Shown: piece after piece, positions 8,862 to 16,694 of the stretch
Position numbering within the stretch: position 1 is the first letter of the stretch
How the letters are laid out: the number at the start of each line of letters is the position of its first letter
Origin: a virus
Lineage: Duplodnaviria; Caudoviricetes
IMG/VR virus record: IMGVR_UViG_3300022074_000044
Location: 1-57,259 of that record
Strand: one strand, 5' to 3'
DNA: 57,259 nt
The notes under the pieces: generated by a model
What the model was told of the DNA's origin: nothing
Seen by the model: only the letters and a program-made list of their open reading frames with translations
Databases searched by the model: none
Position numbers and translations under genes: made by a program

Positions 8862-9650
8862 TTAGACGTATGTGATCTTAACAAGTCCAGATCCACCTTG
8901 TCCGCCTTGTCCACAACATCTACCACAGTAGTTACTGTTAGCACCTTGTCCACCGTGTCCGTATGGAACTGTCCAACAACCACAACGCATCCAACACTCT
9001 CTTTGTCCGTAGGAAACACCAAGAGTTCCGATGAATGGAGCACCTGTTGGTAATCCTTCGTTATAGAAGCAGTGACAGTTAAATCCGTCAGGTCTGTATG
9101 ACTCACCACCGTGGTTGCCCATTCCGAAGTCTCCTCCGTGAGCGCCAGGTTGCATACAACAAGTCTCGAATTCTGAGTAACAGTTTGCAGACCAGTCACC
9201 AGTTGCACAACCTCTAGGACCACCTAAGGCACAGAAGTTAGAGAGGTTGTATCCGTTTACATAGGAGTTACATCCGCAACACCCTGTACACTCTCTAGAA
9301 CAACAACGGTAAACACCAGCAGCACATACAGTGTATGAACATCCGCCAGTCGTTGAAATAGTTTTTGTATTATAATATCCACCACCAGCACCGTGCCAGT
9401 TTTGACATCTGTTACATGAACATGCACCGTGACCATTTCCTCCAGCACCCCATATTTCCCAAGTAATTCTTGTTACTCCAGTGGGAACTTGCCAGTTGCA
9501 ACAACAGCCAGGTGTGCAGTAACATGGATGACCATATACCCATTTTACGCACCAGTTAGAGAAAGATCCACTCTGAACCGCAGACGAAGGTATCGTCGTG
9601 TCAGTGATCTGAGTGTTTTCTATTCTTTTGTAACTCGAATAATTTGCCAT
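8862..9650 (-). CDS. Cys/Gly-rich virion (tail-tip/adhesin-like) protein, paralogue 3
   Basis: 30 Cys in 262 aa by manual count; Gly-rich scaffold WxVPTGV...WGAGGNG...GGGYY...GGQGGSGLVKITY. Confidence 0.7.
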   Translation of the reverse strand: MANYSSYKRIENTQITDTTIPSSAVQSGSFSNWCVKWVYGHPCYCTPGCCCNWQVPTGVTRITWEIWGAGGNGHGACSCNRCQNWHGAGGGYYNTKTISTTGGCSYTVCAAGVYRCCSRECTGCCGCNSYVNGYNLSNFCALGGPRGCATGDWSANCYSEFETCCMQPGAHGGDFGMGNHGGESYRPDGFNCHCFYNEGLPTGAPFIGTLGVSYGQRECWMRCGCWTVPYGHGGQGANSNYCGRCCGQGGQGGSGLVKITYV

Positions 9651-11031
9651 TGCTTCCCTTAGAAGTAAGTAATTTTAACTAGACCACCGCCACCAGTACC
9701 ACCTTGTCCACAACATCTACCACAATATGTAGTCATTGCGTTCTGTCCGCCGTGTCCATAAGGAACAATCCAGCAACCACAACGTACCCAACATTCTCTG
9801 ATAGACTGAGTGACTTGTGTACCAATCAAAGGTGCAGAGCCAGGTCTGTGACCATAGTGGTAACAGTGACACCAACCTCTGTAAGTATCATGTCTAGATG
9901 CGTTCCACACACCAGCATGATCTCCCATTCCAAAGTCTCCGTTGTTTGAGTTTGGACCTAAACAACAAGTATTAACTGATTGACAAGAGTTTGACCAACT
10001 TGGGTTGGCGTTTGCTCTACATCCACCGATAGCACAGAAGTTTGATAGGTTATATCCGTTCACATAAGATGAACAACCTGTGCAACCATAACATTCTCTA
10101 GAAAGACATCTATAAACACCAGCAGCACAAATACTGTATCCACAACCACCATTGGTTGTAATCATCTTGGAGTTATAGTATCCTCCACCAGAACTTGAGT
10201 AGTGTTGACATCTGTTACATGAACATGCACCAGTACCGTTTCCACCAGCACCCCAAGCCTGAATCCACATGTTCTGAACCCCTGTTGGGACTGACCAGTT
10301 ACAACAGCAACCAGCAGAACAACGACACATAATACCGAAAACCCATTTAACACCGTAGGTACAGTTCGGTGATTGACTGAAACTCGATGCCGATAAGACA
10401 TTCGATTCTAGTTGATCTCCGTGAACTTTTTTATATGATGAATAATTAGCCATTTTTTTTTAAATACCTAGACGTAAGTGATTCTTACAACACCAGAGCC
10501 GCCTTGACCGCCCTGACCGCAACAACGACCACAATATGTAGTCATCGCACCTTGACCACCTGTTGCATAAGGAGCAGTCCAACAACCACATCTCATCCAA
10601 CACTGTTCCAAGAGGTTTTCAACACCATTCGTTGACAAGAACGGAGCACCTGATGACATTGTGTTTGCAACCGCACCAGTACAGTGACAGTTCCAGTGAC
10701 CTGACCAACCTTTTTGGTGAGGAGCCATTGCAAAGTCTCCACCCCATGTTCCAGGCGATGCACAACACCAGTTAGTTGAACTACATCTAATAGACCAGTC
10801 AGGGTTTGCACAACCTCTTGCACCACCGTGAGCACAGAAGTTACTTAAGTTGTAACCATTAACATATGAATTACATCCATTACATCCGTTACACTCTCTA
10901 GAACAACAACGGTAAACACCACCAGCGCATACAGTATATGAACAACCAGCAGTCGTACTGATTGTTTTAGTATTATATGCACCACCAGAAGCACCTCTGT
11001 AGTGATGGCATCTGTTACATGAACATGCACC
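9406..11031. repeat. Exact 23-nt repeat CATCTGTTACATGAACATGCACC at 9406-9428, 10209-10231 and 11009-11031
   Basis: Read directly; encodes GACSCNRC in all three paralogues. A 32-nt exact repeat is also present at 9287-9318 and 10890-10921. Confidence 0.9.
9659..10453 (-). CDS. Cys/Gly-rich virion (tail-tip/adhesin-like) protein, paralogue 2
   Basis: 28 Cys in 264 aa; colinear with both neighbours (MANY start, GCCCNW, GACSCNRC, YVNGYNLSNFCA, CWxRCGCW, YCGRCCGQGG). Confidence 0.7.
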   Translation of the reverse strand: MANYSSYKKVHGDQLESNVLSASSFSQSPNCTYGVKWVFGIMCRCSAGCCCNWSVPTGVQNMWIQAWGAGGNGTGACSCNRCQHYSSSGGGYYNSKMITTNGGCGYSICAAGVYRCLSRECYGCTGCSSYVNGYNLSNFCAIGGCRANANPSWSNSCQSVNTCCLGPNSNNGDFGMGDHAGVWNASRHDTYRGWCHCYHYGHRPGSAPLIGTQVTQSIRECWVRCGCWIVPYGHGGQNAMTTYCGRCCGQGGTGGGGLVKITYF

Positions 11032-11253
11032 ATGTCCGTTACCCCCAGCACCCCAGACTTCGAGAGTTAATTTCTCAACTCCAGAAGGGACTTGCCAGTT
11101 GCAACAGCATCCAGGCGTACAGTAACATGGATGACCGTAGAACATCTTGACACAATAGCGAGGTGTCACCCCAGCTTCTAGCTTGTCGGGGTGAATATCA
11201 CCTGACGCTATTTGGTCAGATCTTACTTTTCGATATGATCTATAATTGGCCAT
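10468..11253 (-). CDS. Cys/Gly-rich virion (tail-tip/adhesin-like) protein, paralogue 1
   Basis: 29 Cys in 261 aa; same motifs; directly follows the tail fibre gene. Confidence 0.7.
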   Translation of the reverse strand: MANYRSYRKVRSDQIASGDIHPDKLEAGVTPRYCVKMFYGHPCYCTPGCCCNWQVPSGVEKLTLEVWGAGGNGHGACSCNRCHHYRGASGGAYNTKTISTTAGCSYTVCAGGVYRCCSRECNGCNGCNSYVNGYNLSNFCAHGGARGCANPDWSIRCSSTNWCCASPGTWGGDFAMAPHQKGWSGHWNCHCTGAVANTMSSGAPFLSTNGVENLLEQCWMRCGCWTAPYATGGQGAMTTYCGRCCGQGGQGGSGVVRITYV

Positions 11254-11307
11254 TTATGATCCTAAAATTTGCGTTGTAAAAAATATCATAATATAGAGGA
11301 TCTCAAA

Positions 11308-14300
11308 TTAGATGGAGAAGATTCTCCAACCGTATGTTGAACCAGAGTATACAAGACTAAACGCAGCACCCTCTGTGTTAACAGTTAGGTTAGCAGTGTC
11401 ACCTTGGATTGGTCTACCATTCCTTGAAACGACTAGTGCGTTAGAGTCAAATGTCTTAGCAACGTCATAGAATGTAATTGTTGCACCTGTGTTAGGAGAT
11501 GCAGGGAGTGTTGCAGTTACCTGTCCACCACCAGTGTTAACGAAGTAGTGTTCTCCAGCATTAGGACTGAAGTTAGATGAAACTGTACTGTATGAAGTAA
11601 CACCAGGCTGAATCCACTGAGTTCCATCATAGTACTCAAGAGCACCGAGGTCTGTGTTGAATCTTAAACAACCAGTGTTGAATTCATCGTCAATGCCGCC
11701 AGGTCTTTGAGCGGTTGTACCTACAGGAGGTGTCATCGCCTTAGTACCCATTGAACCACGAGTTACGAATCCCTTAACAGCAAATTCAGTAGGACACGCA
11801 CCGTTGGAGTTACCAGCAAGTGCAGGGTCAGAGGAGAATTCAGAGATCGCCTCACCGACCTGACCTCCAAGAGAACCAAGTCTCAATTCTGTCAAACCAG
11901 ATAGGTTGAACGCAGAAGCATCCAATGTCGCACGACCAGTCAACTGGTCAACGGAGAAGAAGTCTCCAACTCTGAAGTTACCACCTTGGTCGGTTGATAC
12001 GAAGAACACCTTACCAGGCCCGAATACGTTAGTCTCGTTACCTTGAATAACGTTTGCCAAATTAACATTTGGATAACCAGTTTCTGTTTTGTTACCAGTA
12101 CCAACTGCGAGGAAGTCATGTCCTGTTAGTCTTGCCTGTGAGAACAGTGTTCTGATTGTAATTGTAGATCCATAAGAAACGTTGTCCGCATCTATGTTTC
12201 TAGTATCCCATGTACCAGTTGCTTTCTCTGGTGAGATCGATAACGTAGCACGATTATAGAATATCGTTGCGATACCAGCCGTCGATCCAGCCTGCCATTC
12301 ATAGTAGGTCTTAGCAACAGCGACGTTCGTTATAGTGTTAATAATGAAGAATCTATCAGTTGCACCATAGAGTGTGGTTGAGAATCCGATAGCATCACCG
12401 ACCAGTAGGGTTCCAGAAGTCTGGTCAATTTCCATAATTGTTCCTTTCTGTCCTGTGACTGAACTTGCGGCCGCTCCGACTGCAATCGAACCAATACCAG
12501 AACTCTGTTCTGCACCAGCACCGAACCAGATGGTCTCACCATCTACGAAACCAGTGGTTCCGATTCCAGCATTACCGTATCCAGACTGATACTTGAAGTA
12601 AATCTTATCAGCAGCGATTTGGTCATTCAAGAACCATGCAGTTGCCTTGGATGTAGTACCGAACATTGTAGCACCGATTGCAAGTGTTCCGCCCTTAGTT
12701 ACACCTTGAACTGTCATCATGTCACCGAAGAGTTTTGCTTCTCTTGGTACTTCATCAGTTGAGAAACCAGATGAGATAACACCGTAGTCTCCATAAGAGT
12801 TGTTTCCACCAACACCCCTGATTCTTGATCCACCACCTGAGTAGTAACCCCACTTAGCGTAGTATGTGAAACAGGAAACGATTTCAGCGATTGCACCCTT
12901 ATCAAGAATGTAACCAGCACCATCAGATGCAACGTGCGTAAACGCATCGAACACCATTGATTTCGCACCGACATCGTGTACTCCACCATCGATGAATACA
13001 CCGACACCACCACCACCGAATCTTGCAGGGATTGCCTCTGTAGCAGGGTCTGAGAAACAAGTACAATCCTTAACGTAAGGTGACTTGTTATTAATTGGTG
13101 AGTCTGGGTTCAATGAGATGAATACACCAGCAGCAGTTGTACCAATACCAGTTCTTAGGTTTGTATTGTCAAGAACTAGAGGAGCGTTAGGATCATAGTA
13201 GAATCCTTCCATTCCTTTCATGGAGATCGCCTGAATTGTTGTTGCATCAGACATCTTGAACATATGACTCCTGTTATTAGGAGTTGTTGAATCATCAGAT
13301 GTTCCAATTTTAGGTAGAACCTGTGAACCTCTAAGTGCGTTACCAACGATAGAAGTGAAAGGAGGAACTGTAACTGGTAACTGTTCGTAGAACTGAGACG
13401 CAGATAGTTTCAAGATAGCAGGTGTTAGGTCTGTAACTGTACCGCCTTCAACGTATGTGTGGTTGATAGATGAGATACCAACGTTAACCTTGAATGTCTG
13501 TGTATCAGGAACTTCAAGAACCTCATAGTAAGACTTAGATACCTTATCGGGATACTTGGTTGTTGTTAAACCAACGAACGCAGTACCACCAGAAACATAG
13601 AGGTAATCAGTAGTTGAAACACCTACGTTTAGAGTGATTGAGTTAGAGTCGGGTACACCTTGAACAACGAACTCATAAGTACCTTGAGTATGTACAGCAG
13701 GGAACTTACCAGTGATTGTTTGGTCATCAGATGCAGTACCAACGTTAATTGTAATTGTGTTGGTTGTAGTTGATGTAATATTAAGAGCAGTGTTATATGC
13801 AGGGTCTGGGTTTCCGTCTCCAGCAACAGCACGAGGATATGGGTGATCAGTTGTATAACCGTCCATTGAACAACGGAATGTCATACCTTCTGTTTCTAGT
13901 CTTACAGATGTACCAACTGTTAGTGAGTGAGCACCGATTGTGCAAACCATGTCACCAGTGTTCTCGTTATAAGAAACAGCAGTTGGTTCATGGTTAACGA
14001 TTGGAGAAGATCCAACGTTTATAGTGAATGTATCAGTTGTTGTACCTGTAATTGCTAATTGTTGTCCTACAGCAGGGTCTTTTCCAGCACGAGGATAAGT
14101 CTTCTGTGTGGCGTTGTTGTTCATTGTACATGTGAACGTAAACGCATCGTTGGAAATAGTAACTTTATCAGAAGTTGATAGACTATGACCAGCAAGGGTC
14201 ATTACGAAGTTACCATTTGAAGGATCGTATGTCGCACTTGTTGGAGTTATACCTGATCCACCAACAACTTGAACACCGTTTGTTGCACAACTGTTGAATG

Positions 14301-15762
14301 TGTGAACGTAGTCACCACCAGATTGGATAGCGTTAGCTAATGCACTCTTGAATGTATGAGCGAATCTTGCAGAACCTGTGTACTGAACACTTAAGTTTCT
14401 GATTCTAACAGTCGCACCGATTCCAATTTCGGGAGCACCACCAAGACCGATAGCAGTTATAGTTGCAAGTCCAACAGCCTTGTTGTATGTCATACCCAAG
14501 ACGTTGAATACATTACCTCCAGATAGACACTCAAACTGAATATCTTGTAACTGAACGAATGTACCAGTGTTTAATAGACCGTGACCAGCCGCAGTAACCG
14601 TTGCCACACCAGTGGAAGCGGTATACACCATATCAGTGATCGAAGTTTGTGGACGTGCAGCAATACAAGCCCTCTTAATAGTCTTAAACGCCAAGTTAGG
14701 TGCAAGACCATTGTTTGTGTCAACTCCATCCTCAGAGTCAACGTAGTAAATTCTAGTCTGGTTTCCTACAATCTCGTAACCAGGCATTCCGTTTGCCTGA
14801 ACTGCAAGAGCGTAACCTGTAGATCCAATACCAATTCTTACGTTACCTGAGTTGTAACTTAGTAAGTCACCCTTAGTGTTAAGAGCAGCGGATGAATCTC
14901 CTGATGCAAGTACTTCCCAGAATGTTCCGATTCCAGCAGTAGGAATAACGTTCTGATGAGAGTTACCAACAGAAACATATGAATCTGAACCGTATCTTGC
15001 AACATGGCCTGGATGATAGTTGAAGGTAGTGGAGAAGCCACCTTTAAAATCAAATCCTTTAACAAGTAAATCCCATACTTGTTCACCATTGTATGCTTCG
15101 GGGAAGATAGATCCAACACCAATTTGGAGTGGAGAAACGTTAGTTGTAACACCTATTGTGTGACGGTAAATGTTACCACCATACTGGATGAGGTCGCCTC
15201 TGTAGTATGAACCTTCTGTATATGTTACTGCAGCACCAGCAAGACCGTCAGATAAGATACTCCATTTTGCAGAAGGGTCTGTAGAAACACCCAAATACTG
15301 TGGAGGTTGGAATCCAGCAAGTGAAGTTGTTAGAGCAACGTAAGATGAACCATTGTAGTTAACAACGTCACCTGATTGGTATTCATTGTTCTGATCCCAA
15401 GTTCCTTCGTTTTGAAATCCTTTTACATACTCAGTAACTTTCGTCTCGTCGATGAAAGTTCCTTCTGATGTATGTGCAGTTGTTACTCTATAAACAACGT
15501 TACCGTATTTTACAATATCGTTGATACGATAGTAAACTCCAGCAGCCCATTGTCCTTTTTGTTCTAGACCTTCTATGTGAACATTCCAGTTTCCAAGGTC
15601 GTTAGAATAAAAGTCACTGGCATTTGCGGTGGATGTGTGGTTTGTGATCGCCACATAAGTATTGCCACCAAACTTAACGATGTCGTCAATTAAGTAGCTT
15701 TTGGATACTGCCCAGTCACCTGTCCAGTTGAATTTTACTCTTCCAAGTCTAAACTCAGCCAT
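11308..15762 (-). CDS. Tail fibre protein (1484 aa) with N-terminal carbohydrate-binding-like repeats, beta-helix-like region and C-terminal fibre domain
   Basis: Repeats of G.W.....Y...D+V.YGG..Y; YYVDSEDGVDTNNG...AFKTIKRA / FYEQLPVTVPPFTSIVGNALR pectin-lyase-like start; PVGTTAQRP...LRFNTD...EYYDGTQW; C-terminal YFVNT...TLPASP...GWR. Confidence 0.8.
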   Translation of the reverse strand: MAEFRLGRVKFNWTGDWAVSKSYLIDDIVKFGGNTYVAITNHTSTANASDFYSNDLGNWNVHIEGLEQKGQWAAGVYYRINDIVKYGNVVYRVTTAHTSEGTFIDETKVTEYVKGFQNEGTWDQNNEYQSGDVVNYNGSSYVALTTSLAGFQPPQYLGVSTDPSAKWSILSDGLAGAAVTYTEGSYYRGDLIQYGGNIYRHTIGVTTNVSPLQIGVGSIFPEAYNGEQVWDLLVKGFDFKGGFSTTFNYHPGHVARYGSDSYVSVGNSHQNVIPTAGIGTFWEVLASGDSSAALNTKGDLLSYNSGNVRIGIGSTGYALAVQANGMPGYEIVGNQTRIYYVDSEDGVDTNNGLAPNLAFKTIKRACIAARPQTSITDMVYTASTGVATVTAAGHGLLNTGTFVQLQDIQFECLSGGNVFNVLGMTYNKAVGLATITAIGLGGAPEIGIGATVRIRNLSVQYTGSARFAHTFKSALANAIQSGGDYVHTFNSCATNGVQVVGGSGITPTSATYDPSNGNFVMTLAGHSLSTSDKVTISNDAFTFTCTMNNNATQKTYPRAGKDPAVGQQLAITGTTTDTFTINVGSSPIVNHEPTAVSYNENTGDMVCTIGAHSLTVGTSVRLETEGMTFRCSMDGYTTDHPYPRAVAGDGNPDPAYNTALNITSTTTNTITINVGTASDDQTITGKFPAVHTQGTYEFVVQGVPDSNSITLNVGVSTTDYLYVSGGTAFVGLTTTKYPDKVSKSYYEVLEVPDTQTFKVNVGISSINHTYVEGGTVTDLTPAILKLSASQFYEQLPVTVPPFTSIVGNALRGSQVLPKIGTSDDSTTPNNRSHMFKMSDATTIQAISMKGMEGFYYDPNAPLVLDNTNLRTGIGTTAAGVFISLNPDSPINNKSPYVKDCTCFSDPATEAIPARFGGGGVGVFIDGGVHDVGAKSMVFDAFTHVASDGAGYILDKGAIAEIVSCFTYYAKWGYYSGGGSRIRGVGGNNSYGDYGVISSGFSTDEVPREAKLFGDMMTVQGVTKGGTLAIGATMFGTTSKATAWFLNDQIAADKIYFKYQSGYGNAGIGTTGFVDGETIWFGAGAEQSSGIGSIAVGAAASSVTGQKGTIMEIDQTSGTLLVGDAIGFSTTLYGATDRFFIINTITNVAVAKTYYEWQAGSTAGIATIFYNRATLSISPEKATGTWDTRNIDADNVSYGSTITIRTLFSQARLTGHDFLAVGTGNKTETGYPNVNLANVIQGNETNVFGPGKVFFVSTDQGGNFRVGDFFSVDQLTGRATLDASAFNLSGLTELRLGSLGGQVGEAISEFSSDPALAGNSNGACPTEFAVKGFVTRGSMGTKAMTPPVGTTAQRPGGIDDEFNTGCLRFNTDLGALEYYDGTQWIQPGVTSYSTVSSNFSPNAGEHYFVNTGGGQVTATLPASPNTGATITFYDVAKTFDSNALVVSRNGRPIQGDTANLTVNTEGAAFSLVYSGSTYGWRIFSI

Positions 15763-15796
15763 TTTTTCTCCGTGTAATTATCTGAGGGGGATTTTT

Positions 15797-16201
15797 TTAC
15801 TTAGGTCCGATGCTGTTGTAAGCATAGTCGGGACCGTTGAATCTTATGACGAAAAAGCCATCATCATCTATGTAATAGTATAAGTTTCTGCGGTCAAAGC
15901 GAATCTGTTGGTATTTATCATTCGGATCATCTACAAGTTTTTTAACAGTTGCGATATCATTACGGATAACAGATGTTTTACCAACACCAACATCATATGT
16001 ACCATAATCTAAACCATCACCGAATTCTGGTATAGCAGTTCCATCGTTACGATAGAATTCTCCCATTTCTGTTGAAGCAGCACTAACTTTTGAAAATAAT
16101 AGCATGTCGTCTGCATCTCTTCTGAGTGCATACACGAAAAAACCCGACGATTCGGAGGGGTCAAAATTTCCAGAAATTGAGTTACTTAGCGTAAGTGCCA
16201 T
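15797..16201 (-). CDS. Hypothetical protein, probably virion-associated (134 aa)
   Basis: Clean ORF in the late operon between the Mtd-like gene and the tail fibre gene. Confidence 0.7.
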   Translation of the reverse strand: MALTLSNSISGNFDPSESSGFFVYALRRDADDMLLFSKVSAASTEMGEFYRNDGTAIPEFGDGLDYGTYDVGVGKTSVIRNDIATVKKLVDDPNDKYQQIRFDRRNLYYYIDDDGFFVIRFNGPDYAYNSIGPK

Positions 16202-16203
16202 TG

Positions 16204-16662
16204 TTAACTTGCCCTATTGTTGAATACTTTCCAAAGAGTTCCATTCCAAATAAAGGTCACTGACGCACCCGACACGTCCATGATGAAAGGTGAAGATTCT
16301 CTAACTAAGTGTCCATTTTCAAAACTGTAAACAGATGTCACACTAACAGGGTTGATACTGAAGAAATTCGCAAAGTCTTCGATCCATACCCAGTCACCAA
16401 CCGCACGAGGAGTTGGCATAGTTAGACTGTAACCACCAGATGTATTTTGGGAGTCTACTGTATACTTTTGGTTTGTACCAAGAGAATACGCTCCAGACAC
16501 GAAAGTCCATCTTGCTTTCGCAAGTTCAAATCCGCCAGGAGTTGATCCGTCGTGAACAACCGCCGTATTCTTGTCTGTATCTACCGTTATCTCTGCTAGA
16601 GCTCCAGTAAAGTTAAAGTGTTCAGCTGTCGTTCCTTTTCTGAATTGAACCTGCTTTGTCAT
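16204..16662 (-). CDS. Short fibre protein with major-tropism-determinant-like N-terminal domain
   Basis: QVQFRKGTTAEHFNFTGALAEITVDTDKNTAVVHDGSTPGG; its C-terminal domain resembles the tail fibre C-terminus. Confidence 0.75.
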   Translation of the reverse strand: MTKQVQFRKGTTAEHFNFTGALAEITVDTDKNTAVVHDGSTPGGFELAKARWTFVSGAYSLGTNQKYTVDSQNTSGGYSLTMPTPRAVGDWVWIEDFANFFSINPVSVTSVYSFENGHLVRESSPFIMDVSGASVTFIWNGTLWKVFNNRAS

Positions 16663-16694
16663 GAGCTAGATGTCAAATAGTTATGCTTCTCCAT

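Noticed and set aside
8810-9223. 137-aa +1 ORF overlapping a Cys-rich gene (and similar 60-100 aa shadows)
   Set aside because: The host gene has few Leu/Ile/Val codons, so +1 stops are naturally rare; the equivalent frame is broken in the other paralogues.
11254-11307. GATCCT...AGGATC inverted repeat that could occlude the SD of the first Cys-rich gene
   Set aside because: Only about 6 bp across a >30-nt AT-rich loop; too weak to call without folding or conservation data.
16204-16662. Mtd-like N-terminus suggesting a diversity-generating retroelement
   Set aside because: No reverse transcriptase and no template/variable repeat pair differing at adenines in the window; this N-terminal domain is a common fibre anchor.
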